The notes below the pieces were generated by a model. The model was given only the letters and a program-made list of their open reading frames with translations. It had not been told where the DNA came from and did no database searches. The position numbers were made by a program, and so were the translations under genes. From NCBI GenBank assembly GCA_944358355.1, contig CALVQY010000002.1:1-54855 (forward strand): a DNA stretch of 54,855 nt. Direction: 5' to 3'. Every line of letters begins with the position of its first letter. Position 1 is the stretch's first letter. This document shows, piece after piece, positions 25,977 to 34,818 of this stretch. The DNA is from an uncultured Bacilli bacterium (GTDB taxonomy: Bacteria; Bacillota_I; Bacilli_A; RF39; UBA660).

Positions 25977-26408
25977 ATGGATAGAGAATTAAAAAGAGAA
26001 ATAATACTAGATAATTATAATAATCCTTATCATAAAGGACTAAAAAATGAAAGTGGTTATAAAAAAGCGAATACTAATAATGAATCTTGTATTGATAATA
26101 TCGATATAGAACTAAAAATAGAAGATGGTAAAGTAGTAGATGCTAATTTTGATGGAGAAGCCTGTGCCATATCAACTTCTGCCACCTCAATTTTCTTGCG
26201 AAAAATAATAGGGAAGAGTGTTAGTGATGTTAAAGAATTAATAGAAAACTATGAACACTTAATAGATGAGAAAGATTATGATGAAGAAAAATTAGGTGAA
26301 CTTATGGCCTATGATACTATCTATATGCAACCTAATAGAAAACACTGTGCCCTTCTTCCTGTCGATACAATTAATAAGATTCTAAAGGAGGAAAATAGTG
26401 GAGATTAA
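25977..26408 (+). CDS. sufU: SufU/IscU-like sulfur acceptor scaffold
   Basis: Three conserved Cys contexts (ESCIDNI, GEACAIS, RKHCALL); ~143 aa. Confidence 0.9.
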   Translation: MDRELKREIILDNYNNPYHKGLKNESGYKKANTNNESCIDNIDIELKIEDGKVVDANFDGEACAISTSATSIFLRKIIGKSVSDVKELIENYEHLIDEKDYDEEKLGELMAYDTIYMQPNRKHCALLPVDTINKILKEENSGD

Positions 26409-27708
26409 GGGACTAACTAAAGAGAATATTTTAAAAATATCAGAACATAAAAAAGAAGCAGATTGGGTCAAGAATTATCGATTAAAGTCATATGAATATT
26501 TTGAAAAAATGAATAAAGACTTACCATTTGGACCTAAGTTTAAACTTAACTTTGATGATATTATTTACTATAAGAGTGCAACTGATGAATTAACTGATGA
26601 CTGGTCTAAAGTAATGAAGCCAATTAAAAGTGAATTAGATAAACTAGGTGTCCTTGAAAGTGAACAATATATGGCTGGTATGGGTGTTCAATATGAAAGT
26701 GAAGTAATCTATCATAATATGCTTAAAGAACTTACTGACAAAAAAGTAATCTTTACATCAATTGATAATGCCATTAAAGAGTATCCTCTTCTTGTTAAAA
26801 AATACTTTGGCAAGATAGTTAAAAACACAGATAATTTATACGCAGCCTTAAATGGTTCTGTATTTTCAGGAGGAAGTTTTATTTATATACCACCTCATAC
26901 TAAACTAGATAGACCACTACAAAGTTACTTTAGAATTAATAGTAAAGGAATGGGCCAGTTTGAAAGAACTTTAATTATTGTCGATGATGATAGTGAACTT
27001 CATTATATTGAAGGATGTACCGCTCCTACTTATGCTACTTCATCTCTACATGCTGCTGTTGTCGAAATCTATGTTGGAAGAAACAGTAAATGCCGTTATA
27101 CTACTATTCAAAACTGGGCTCCTAATGTCTATAACCTAGTTACTAAAAGAGCCTTAGTCGAAGAAAATGGTACAATGGAGTGGATTGATGGTAATATCGG
27201 TAGTGCTTTAACTATGAAATATCCTTGTTGTATCTTAAAAGGAGATAACTCAACTGGTACTTGTATTAGTATCGCTGTCGCTAGTAATAATCAAATCCAA
27301 GATACAGGAGCCAGAATGATTCATTTAGGTAAAAATACTAACAGTAAGATAATCTCTAAAAGTATTGCAAGAGCAGGTGGTGTTTCCACATATCGTGGTG
27401 ATGTTAAGATTAAAGAAGATGCCACTAACTCATACTCTATGATAAAATGCGACACTTTAATACTAGATAAAGATAGTATAAGTGATACTGTACCTACAAA
27501 TATAGTCTCTAATAACACTAGTACTATAGAACATGAAGCGACTGTTTCTAAGATAAATGATGCTAATATTTTCTATTTGGAAAGTAAAGGGATTCCTAAA
27601 GAAACTTGTGAAGAATTAATCGTTTTAGGCTTTCTAGAAGAGTTTAGAAAAGAACTACCTATGGAGTATGCTGTTGAACTAAATCAACTTTTGAAAAAAA
27701 ACTTGTAA
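26398..27708 (+). CDS. sufB: Fe-S cluster assembly protein SufB
   Basis: FERTLIIVDDDSELHYIEGCTAP...TIQNW...IEHEATVSKI motifs. GTG start 7 nt after AAGGAGG. Confidence 0.95.
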   Translation: MEIKGLTKENILKISEHKKEADWVKNYRLKSYEYFEKMNKDLPFGPKFKLNFDDIIYYKSATDELTDDWSKVMKPIKSELDKLGVLESEQYMAGMGVQYESEVIYHNMLKELTDKKVIFTSIDNAIKEYPLLVKKYFGKIVKNTDNLYAALNGSVFSGGSFIYIPPHTKLDRPLQSYFRINSKGMGQFERTLIIVDDDSELHYIEGCTAPTYATSSLHAAVVEIYVGRNSKCRYTTIQNWAPNVYNLVTKRALVEENGTMEWIDGNIGSALTMKYPCCILKGDNSTGTCISIAVASNNQIQDTGARMIHLGKNTNSKIISKSIARAGGVSTYRGDVKIKEDATNSYSMIKCDTLILDKDSISDTVPTNIVSNNTSTIEHEATVSKINDANIFYLESKGIPKETCEELIVLGFLEEFRKELPMEYAVELNQLLKKNL

Positions 27709-27755
27709 TTTTGTAAATTCAAGACTTTTTAGCTTTCAAAATTTAAAAAGTGCCT

Positions 27756-27811
27756 AGAGAAAATTGAAAATTGAGAGCAAAAAAAACTTGAATTTTTAAT
27801 TTTCTCTTTTT
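27756..27811 (+). terminator. Long hairpin plus T-run after sufB
   Basis: agagaaaattgaaaatt (27756-27772) pairs with aatttttaattttctct (27791-27807) with one mismatch, followed by tttt. Confidence 0.6.
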
Positions 27812-27859
27812 GCAACAAAATAAGATATATGCTACCTTAGTTGCGAAAGGAGGAATTAT

Positions 27860-28207
27860 ATGTTAAACAGCTTAATTTTAGTAGGTCGCCTAACCAAAGA
27901 TATTGAAATAAGAGAAACAGAATCTGGTAAGAAAGTAGGAACTATTTCTCTAGCTATTCCTCGTTCTTTTAAGAACATGGATGGTGTATATGAAACTGAT
28001 TTTGTAAATTGTACTCTTTGGGAAGAAAAAGCTAAACTTACTAAAGAGTATTGCCAAGTTGGTGATATAGTTGGTATTAGAGGAAGACTTCAAAGTAATA
28101 TTATCAAAACTGAAGAAGGCTCTAGATACTTCTTAGAAGTAGTAGCAGACAAGGTTACTTTTCTGTCAAATAAGAAGAAAGACAATGTCAAGAATAATGA
28201 TAAATAG
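27860..28207 (+). CDS. ssb: Single-stranded DNA-binding protein, short SsbB-like form without acidic C-terminal tip
   Basis: OB-fold signature LNSLILVGRLTKDIEIRETESGKKVGTISLA...TDFVNCTLWEEKA...GDIVGIRGRLQS. It ends ..KKKDNVKNNDK rather than the D-D-D-(I/L)-P-F type tail. Confidence 0.85.
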   Translation: MLNSLILVGRLTKDIEIRETESGKKVGTISLAIPRSFKNMDGVYETDFVNCTLWEEKAKLTKEYCQVGDIVGIRGRLQSNIIKTEEGSRYFLEVVADKVTFLSNKKKDNVKNNDK

Positions 28208-28247
28208 TCATTTTTATGCTTATTTTTCAATAAATTTAAAATAATAG

Positions 28248-28277
28248 TTGACTTTTACTGTAAAAAAGTTTTATAGT
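28248..28277 (+). promoter_or_regulatory. Putative promoter of the XRE regulator gene
   Basis: TTGACT (28248-28253), 18-nt spacer, TATAGT (28272-28277). Confidence 0.45.
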
Positions 28278-28308
28278 TTAGTAAACAATTAATTAAGGAG
28301 AGACAAAT

Positions 28309-28665
28309 ATGTTACTAGGTAAACGTTTAAAAGAGTTGCGTATCTCAAACGGATTAACGCAACGCGAGTTGGGCGAGCGTGTAAATGTTACAAAAGTGAG
28401 TATTTGTTGTTATGAAAATGGCACGAGAGTCCCAACTTTAGACACACTAACAAAATTAGGAAAGGTTCTAAATGTAGATGTAGATTATCTTTTAGGATAT
28501 GATAATCCAGTCAAGCCAAAAGGTAAGAAGAAAAAAACTACTAGTATGGCCGAAGAAGAAATTGCCTTTGTTATGGGACTACGTAAATTAGAAGATATTC
28601 ATAATTTAATAATTGAAGATCCAAATAAAGCGATTGACATAATAAGTAAGAGACTAGAAGACTAG
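28309..28665 (+). CDS. XRE-family HTH transcriptional regulator
   Basis: LGKRLKELRISNGLTQRELGERVNVTKVSICCYENGTRVPTLDTLTKLGKVLNVDVDYLLG is a canonical Cro/C1 HTH. Confidence 0.85.
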   Translation: MLLGKRLKELRISNGLTQRELGERVNVTKVSICCYENGTRVPTLDTLTKLGKVLNVDVDYLLGYDNPVKPKGKKKKTTSMAEEEIAFVMGLRKLEDIHNLIIEDPNKAIDIISKRLED

Positions 28666-28729
28666 CTCTTATTTTTATTTAAGAAAAATAATTGAATTAA
28701 AGGATAGTAATTAGGATAGAATATTAGTA

Positions 28730-29350
28730 TTGGGAGATAGTTTTTATGCGAAGAGTAAAAAGATATTAATGGTAGTGCTTTTATTTGTAGTAACATTAAA
28801 TATTAATTATTTAGGAATGATGGTTAAAAGCATAATAGTAGAAAGTAGTGAATATAAAAAAGGAAATACAACTAACTTAGTATTTGGAGCATATGATGAA
28901 GATTATTATGTGTATAGAAGTGGGAAACGATACTATCAAACAAAAGATAGTTGTTTAAAAGCTGTAGAGAATGAAGAAGATTGCGAATGTAGGGAACTAG
29001 CCTCAAAAGAAGATAAGATGTATTGTAAAATAATAAGAGTAAATGGTGATGGAAGTTTAAGGTTAATTTATAATGGGACTGGTCCTACGTCATTTAGCGA
29101 AGAAATATCAGGAGTAATTGGAATAACACCATATAATTTAAAAGTAAATGATCCAAAATATAGTGGCTATACCTATGATAATGGAACAGATTCATTTATA
29201 AAGAAAGAGGTAGATACCTGGTATAATAATACTTTAGGAAGTAATCCAACAACAAACAGTGCTTTATATATAGAAATAGGACTTATCTTAATACTAATAC
29301 TTGGAACAGGTGCATATAGGGACTTTCCAAAAATAAAATTACCAATTTGA
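28730..29350 (+). CDS. Hypothetical anchored/secreted protein whose 3' end is interrupted by the IS (last 12 codons are IS-derived)
   Basis: TTG start. N-terminal TM ILMVVLLFVVTLNINYLGMMV. The reading frame enters the left inverted repeat of the IS at 29315, exactly on a codon boundary. Confidence 0.5.
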   Translation: MGDSFYAKSKKILMVVLLFVVTLNINYLGMMVKSIIVESSEYKKGNTTNLVFGAYDEDYYVYRSGKRYYQTKDSCLKAVENEEDCECRELASKEDKMYCKIIRVNGDGSLRLIYNGTGPTSFSEEISGVIGITPYNLKVNDPKYSGYTYDNGTDSFIKKEVDTWYNNTLGSNPTTNSALYIEIGLILILILGTGAYRDFPKIKLPI

Positions 29351-30642
29351 CAAAATAAAAACAACTTCGTAAACTGTTGTTAAGATAAAAAAATACAGTA
29401 AAGAAGTTGTTAATATGATTATATCAGAAAAAATTAAAAAATGTTATGGTAATTTAATAGAAAGTATCAAAAAATGCAATGATAAAGAACAAAAACTGTT
29501 TATGATTGGTTCTTTAGCAGTTGATATAGGTGGTAGATGTATCTCTGCTCTTTCTAAAATCTTTGGTATATCAAGAATTACAATAAGAAAAGCAATTAAA
29601 TTATTCAAAAAAGAAATTGTATATTATCCAATTACCGAAACAAGAGGAAGAAAAAAACTTACAGAAATATATCCTTATTTAGAAAAAGATATAACTGAAG
29701 TAATAGAAAACAGTTTATCCACTGATCCTAAATTTAAAACAGAAAAACAATATGTTAATATGACCGTAAAAGAAATTAAGAAACAATTAATAGAAACTGG
29801 AAAATATGAAGAAAACAGTTTCTCTAATAGTTCTTTAAATAATATCTTAAATGAAATGGGTTATGGATTAAAGAAAGTAAAAAAGACAAAACCACTTAAG
29901 AAAATAAAAGAAACTGATGATATATTTGATAATGTAAAGAAGAAAAAAGAAGAAGGATCATCAGATAATAAAACAGTAATGATATCAATAGATACAAAAG
30001 ATAAAGTATTATTGGGACCTTTTTCAAGAAATGGTTATAACAGAGTTGTAATTGAAGCAGTAGATCATGAATTAACTAATAATTGTCTAATACCATTTGG
30101 AATACTTGATTTAAAGAAAAATATACCTTATTTATTTAATTACACATCTAAACCTACCTCTCTTGATTTAGTAGATTGTATAGAAGAATTTTATGTAGAA
30201 CAATATTTAAATAGTGATATTAATAAGTTGATGATATTTTTAGATAATGGACCAGATAATAGTGGTGTTAGAACTGTATTTTTATCAGGATTAATCAATA
30301 TATCAAGAAGATATAATATAGAAATAGAACTAGTTTATTATCCACCATATCATTCTAAATATAATCCTATAGAAAGATTGTGGGCAAGACTAGAAATGAT
30401 ATGGAATGGCTTCTTACTAGAGACAATAGATATCTGTTTAAATTTTATGAAGAATTTAACTTGGAAAGGAGTTAAATCAGTTACTAAATTAAAAGAAGTT
30501 AAATATGAAAAAGGATTAACTATTGATAAAAAGAAGATGAAAAATCTTGAAGATAAATACATTACTAGAACAGAAGGTATAAAAAAATGGAGTGTTCTTA
30601 TTACTCCATAATTGGTAACTTTATTTTTGGAAAGTCCCTATA
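29315..30642 (+). mobile_element. Complete ISAzo13-family insertion sequence (1328 bp)
   Basis: Terminal inverted repeats TATAGGGACTTTCCAAAAATAAAATTACCAATT (29315-29347) and its reverse complement at 30610-30642 (32/33 identical) bracket a single DDE transposase ORF. Confidence 0.85.
29415..30611 (+). CDS. ISAzo13-family DDE transposase
   Basis: ETRGRKK, ISIDTKDK, FLDNGPDNS, VYYPPYHSKYNPIERLW are the hallmark blocks of this family (YPPYHSKYNPIE). Confidence 0.8.
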   Translation: MIISEKIKKCYGNLIESIKKCNDKEQKLFMIGSLAVDIGGRCISALSKIFGISRITIRKAIKLFKKEIVYYPITETRGRKKLTEIYPYLEKDITEVIENSLSTDPKFKTEKQYVNMTVKEIKKQLIETGKYEENSFSNSSLNNILNEMGYGLKKVKKTKPLKKIKETDDIFDNVKKKKEEGSSDNKTVMISIDTKDKVLLGPFSRNGYNRVVIEAVDHELTNNCLIPFGILDLKKNIPYLFNYTSKPTSLDLVDCIEEFYVEQYLNSDINKLMIFLDNGPDNSGVRTVFLSGLINISRRYNIEIELVYYPPYHSKYNPIERLWARLEMIWNGFLLETIDICLNFMKNLTWKGVKSVTKLKEVKYEKGLTIDKKKMKNLEDKYITRTEGIKKWSVLITP

Positions 30643-30702
30643 ACTTATAGAATAAATAATGTTGTAGATAAAGAATAAATTTAATATTTGTAAAATACTG
30701 TG

Positions 30703-30730
30703 AAGTCTCTTGTAATTAGAGACTTTTTTA
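30703..30730 (+). terminator. Rho-independent terminator (probably the original terminator of the IS-interrupted gene)
   Basis: aagtctct (30703-30710), loop tgtaatt, agagactt (30718-30725), then tttt. Confidence 0.7.
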
Positions 30731-30753
30731 ATTATTATTAAAGTGGTGATACT

Positions 30754-31977
30754 ATGATATTAGATATAATAAGTAAGAAAGCTAATAAATATGAATTAAC
30801 TAAAGAAGAATTAGAAACTATCTTTATGGGATATTTAAAAGGAGAAGTAAAAGACTATCAGATGAGTGCTTTTCTAATGGCAATTTGTATTAATGATATG
30901 AGTGATAGTGAAATATTCGCTCTTACAGATATCTTTATTAGAAGTGGAGATGTCCTTGATTTAAGTTTTATTGATGCTATTAAAGTAGATAAACATTCAA
31001 CAGGTGGAGTAGGTGATAAAACAACCTTAATAATCGCTCCTCTTGTTGCAAGCCTTAATGTCCCAGTAATTAAAATGAGTGGTAGAGGCTTAGGTTATAC
31101 TGGCGGAACTATAGATAAATTAGAATCTATCCCCGGTTTTACTGTTGACCTTACTGAAGAAGAGATAAAAAAACAAGCCAAGGAGATTGGCCTTGTTATT
31201 ACAAGTCAAACTAAAGACTTAGCTCCTCTTGATAAAAAAGTATATGCTCTTCGTGATGTAACTGCTACTACAAATTCTATTCCTTTAATCGCTAGTAGCA
31301 TAATGAGTAAAAAAATAGCAGGTGGTGCTGATAAAATCGTAATAGATATAAAAGTAGGAAACGGTGCCCTTATTAAAACAAAAGAAGAAGCAGAACGTTT
31401 ATCTAGTCTCCTAATAAAAATAGGTACATACTATCAAAAAGAAGTTAGAACCGTTATTTCTGATATGAATAGACCTCTAGGACATAATATTGGTAATAAA
31501 TTAGAAGTAATGGAAGCACTTGATGTATTAAAAGGTAATACTAAAGGAAACCTTCTTGATTTATCACTTACTCTAGCTAGTAAAATGGTATCTTTAGGTA
31601 AAGGAATAAGTGAAGATAAAGCGATGGTTGAAGTTAAAGAAAATCTACAAAATGGTAAAGCCCTAGATAAATTTTTAGAATTTGTTAAATATCAACATGG
31701 TAATATAGATGAATTAGAAATTAATGCTAAAGTTTATAATATAAAAGCTAATAAAAATGGAACTTTAAAAGATATAAATGCTCTAAATATTGCTAAACTT
31801 AGTGAATATTTAGGAGCAGGCCGTAAAAGTAAAGATGAGAAAATAGATTATAATGCTGGTATCGTAATAAAAAAAGAAATAGGTGATGAGATAAAAGAAG
31901 GTGATATTCTAGCCAGTCTTTATACAAATATTGACAACCCTACTTTTAATCTTGAAAGAATATTTGAAATTTCTTGA
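30754..31977 (+). CDS. pdp: Pyrimidine-nucleoside (thymidine) phosphorylase
   Basis: DKHSTGGVGDKTT, SGRGLGYTGGTIDKLESIPG, ALRDVTATT motifs. Confidence 0.93.
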   Translation: MILDIISKKANKYELTKEELETIFMGYLKGEVKDYQMSAFLMAICINDMSDSEIFALTDIFIRSGDVLDLSFIDAIKVDKHSTGGVGDKTTLIIAPLVASLNVPVIKMSGRGLGYTGGTIDKLESIPGFTVDLTEEEIKKQAKEIGLVITSQTKDLAPLDKKVYALRDVTATTNSIPLIASSIMSKKIAGGADKIVIDIKVGNGALIKTKEEAERLSSLLIKIGTYYQKEVRTVISDMNRPLGHNIGNKLEVMEALDVLKGNTKGNLLDLSLTLASKMVSLGKGISEDKAMVEVKENLQNGKALDKFLEFVKYQHGNIDELEINAKVYNIKANKNGTLKDINALNIAKLSEYLGAGRKSKDEKIDYNAGIVIKKEIGDEIKEGDILASLYTNIDNPTFNLERIFEIS

Positions 31978-32024
31978 AAAAAATTCTTCTATTTGCTATA
32001 CTCTATATAAGGTAAGGTGATTAT

Positions 32025-33551
32025 ATGAGTTCTAGTAAGGTAAGTCAAAGAAGACAAATAAAAAGAACTAAAAACAAAAGAAATGAAGAAAAATTTGATA
32101 AAGCTTCTAGTGATGTAAAAAAAATAGGAATAGTATCTTGCTGTTTATTAGCAATTATATTAATAATAGGTTTCTTTATCGAACCTAATGAAAGCTATGC
32201 TGCTGTAGTAGAAAAACTTCCAGATAGTTTTACTTCTGTAAAAGTACCAGAAGATGGACTTCCAGCAGAATTTGCTCACTACATAACATATGAAGATACA
32301 ATTGTTACCACTCCTAAAGAGTTCTATGGAACAACAGGTGGTAGCAGATTAGCTAATATCTACTGTATGGATAGAAAACTAAAAATGGAAGGTGGAAGAA
32401 CCTATGTAAAAGATAAATCAGTAATAGATGCAAGTCTTGCTGTTAAATATCCTGGTTTAATCTATATTATTGAACATGGTGATACTCTACCACAAGAACT
32501 TCTAAATACAGTTTCTTCTGATGAAGAAAAAGTCTTAATATATTATATAAATCAATTAGCAGTATGGTGGTATCTAGATATTGCTAATGGTTATTCAAGT
32601 GGACCAACTGATCCAGGACGTGATGTAGCCTATAGTGAACCTGCTGCCCATCAATATGAAAACAACCTTACAGTAGCAGAAAAGACAGCTATCATCAATA
32701 ATGAAACATATGGACCATATATACAGGAACTATTAACAAATGCTATGGCATATAATCCTGGTAGTACAACTCCAGCTTTAAATGCAATAGATTCTAACTC
32801 TATTACTTATACAATGACAGACCAATATATTGAAACTTCACCTATCACTGTTACAAGTAATTCAAGTAATAATTTTGTTAATTACACAGTTAATGCTAAT
32901 AATAGTAATATTCAAGTTCTAAATGAATCTGGTGTAAGTCAAACTACTTTCTCACCAAATGAAAGATTCAAATTAAGAATTCCTATAAGTGAAGTAAAAG
33001 ATTACAAAATTAATTTACAAGTTAATATATCAGGTAACTTTTCTGTACATAATGCTTACTTCTATGTAGATAGTGTTAGCAGAAACGAATATCAAAGAGC
33101 CCTATTAGGACAAATAATTGCAGATAAAGTTAGTAGTGATTTATCATTACAATACGAAATTCCAACTGGAAAAGTTAAAATTAGTAAAATAGATGCTTCA
33201 ACAGGTAAAGGTATAAAAGGAGCGACTTTATCAATAACTGATAAGAGTGGTAAAGAAGTATATCGTTATGAAACAACTGGAGAAGATGTAGATTTAACAT
33301 TACCTGTAGGTACTTATACAATTACAGAAGCAGTAATACCAGATGGATATTCTGCTGAAATAACAACAAAAACTTTTGAAATTACTGAAGGAAATACAAC
33401 AGAAGTAGTAATTGAAAACACACCAAATATACCAGTTCCAGATACTAGTAGTAATTCCTTTATTGTCTATGGTATAGGAAGTCTAATTATAATAGCAGGT
33501 ATTTTCTTAATAGTTGTGGCTAAAAGACCAAAGCATGCAAAAGAAAAGTAG
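32025..33551 (+). CDS. Cell-wall-sorted adhesin: putative thioester (TQXA-like) domain plus Cna-B/SpaA-type domain, with non-canonical sorting signal
   Basis: Signal/TM IGIVSCCLLAIILIIGFFI..SYAAV. Cys context ANIYCMDRK and INQLAVWWY (TQxA(I/V)W-like). GKVKISKIDASTGKGIKGATLSITDKSGK...LPVGTYTITEAVIPDGYS is a classic Cna-B fold motif. The C-terminus is PVPDTSS, then hydrophobic helix IVYGIGSLIIIAGIFLIVVA, then KRPKHAKEK. Confidence 0.7.
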   Translation: MSSSKVSQRRQIKRTKNKRNEEKFDKASSDVKKIGIVSCCLLAIILIIGFFIEPNESYAAVVEKLPDSFTSVKVPEDGLPAEFAHYITYEDTIVTTPKEFYGTTGGSRLANIYCMDRKLKMEGGRTYVKDKSVIDASLAVKYPGLIYIIEHGDTLPQELLNTVSSDEEKVLIYYINQLAVWWYLDIANGYSSGPTDPGRDVAYSEPAAHQYENNLTVAEKTAIINNETYGPYIQELLTNAMAYNPGSTTPALNAIDSNSITYTMTDQYIETSPITVTSNSSNNFVNYTVNANNSNIQVLNESGVSQTTFSPNERFKLRIPISEVKDYKINLQVNISGNFSVHNAYFYVDSVSRNEYQRALLGQIIADKVSSDLSLQYEIPTGKVKISKIDASTGKGIKGATLSITDKSGKEVYRYETTGEDVDLTLPVGTYTITEAVIPDGYSAEITTKTFEITEGNTTEVVIENTPNIPVPDTSSNSFIVYGIGSLIIIAGIFLIVVAKRPKHAKEK

Positions 33552-34185
33552 AAATATAAAAAGCCAGCTCTTTAAAGTTGGCTTTTTCTTCCTTATAATA
33601 GGAATAATAGTATTTTTTAGCACCCCACTACTTAAATTACGTGGTGAAGTATTTGAAGAAATGCGTCTTGCTATCTTCCAAATGAATATAAATAAAGATA
33701 ACACAACTATTAACAGTATAAATACTGAAAATCTAATCGTAACTGATGAAAATAATGCCGTAAGAGAAGAAAATGATAAAAAAGCTAACTATACATATAT
33801 AGGCCAATTATCAATACCTAAAATTAAATTAAAAAGAGGCTTTGTTTCTAAAAATTCTAAATATAACAATATAGAATATAATATAGCAATTGCTAAAGAA
33901 GCTGACTATCCAGATAAAGCTAAAGGTAACTTTATTCTAATGGCTCATTCTGGTAATGCCTATATTTCTTTTTTTGATAATCTTTATAAATTAGAAATAG
34001 GAGATACAGCAACTGTTAGTTATGAGGCTAAAGATTATAAATATAAACTTACTAAAGTATATAATCAACCTAAAACTGGTCAAGTAGCAATATATAGAAA
34101 TTATAATATAAAAACATTAACTTTAATTACTTGTACTCATAATGATGATTATAATCAAACTATATATATATTTGAAGAAATATAA
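33535..34185 (+). CDS. Sortase-family transpeptidase
   Basis: N-terminal TM FKVGFFFLIIGIIVFF. Catalytic His context FILMAHSG and TLxTC motif LTLITCT. ATG 33535 overlaps the end of the adhesin gene by 17 nt; the track start 33514 is a TTG. Confidence 0.75.
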   Translation: MQKKSRNIKSQLFKVGFFFLIIGIIVFFSTPLLKLRGEVFEEMRLAIFQMNINKDNTTINSINTENLIVTDENNAVREENDKKANYTYIGQLSIPKIKLKRGFVSKNSKYNNIEYNIAIAKEADYPDKAKGNFILMAHSGNAYISFFDNLYKLEIGDTATVSYEAKDYKYKLTKVYNQPKTGQVAIYRNYNIKTLTLITCTHNDDYNQTIYIFEEI

Positions 34186-34205
34186 GAATAAAAAGGAGGA
34201 TAAAA

Positions 34206-34787
34206 ATGGATTTAAGCTTTATAGATAAACTACTTACTTTTCTAAAATTACCTTTTGAATCTTTTCTAAATATAGAAATATTTCTAATATTTATTATTCT
34301 TTATATATTTTTGCTATATAATGAAAAAAGATGTAATAAGAAAGTAAAACTAACTTTAATTTCCTTAATAATCTTCTTTTTTGCCTGTTTAGTATTTTAT
34401 TTCCAAGAAGATATAATCTCTGTTCTAAGTGAAATAATAAAAACTATAATGCGGTGTTTCTATTTTCCAAATATAGTATTTTATATCCTAACAGCTATTA
34501 TTTCTTTAATTATATTAATATATACTAATTTAAAGTCAAATCTTACCAAACTAAATAAAATAATTACTTATACATTTACTATTATTCATTTATTTTTATT
34601 TACCAACTTTATTTCTTTAGCAATTACTAATAATACTTCTTTAACAAATACTGCTAATATCTATCAACATGATAATATGTTTGTAATAGTTTTATTTAGT
34701 CAGATTATCTTTATACTTCTAATAATTTACAAATTAATCTATCATTTTTGTTATATTAGGCATAGTAAATTGAAAAATATAAAGTAA
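34206..34787 (+). CDS. Hypothetical polytopic membrane protein (5-6 TM)
   Basis: RBS AAAGGAGGA. The whole sequence is hydrophobic and F/I/L-rich. Confidence 0.5.
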   Translation: MDLSFIDKLLTFLKLPFESFLNIEIFLIFIILYIFLLYNEKRCNKKVKLTLISLIIFFFACLVFYFQEDIISVLSEIIKTIMRCFYFPNIVFYILTAIISLIILIYTNLKSNLTKLNKIITYTFTIIHLFLFTNFISLAITNNTSLTNTANIYQHDNMFVIVLFSQIIFILLIIYKLIYHFCYIRHSKLKNIK

Positions 34788-34818
34788 AATGATATAATGT
34801 CTAGGAAGTGAGGTAATT

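Noticed and set aside
27756-27811. Long imperfect hairpin after sufB, considered as a riboswitch or sRNA.
   Set aside because: It is a simple 17-bp stem followed by a T-run directly after the operon's last gene. This fits an intrinsic terminator, and I recognise no conserved riboswitch core.
27860-30642. Prophage or ICE interpretation of the ssb-XRE-IS stretch.
   Set aside because: No integrase, recombinase, relaxase, or capsid, tail or conjugation genes are present, and no att-like repeats bracket it. At most it is a remnant (kept as a low-interest finding).
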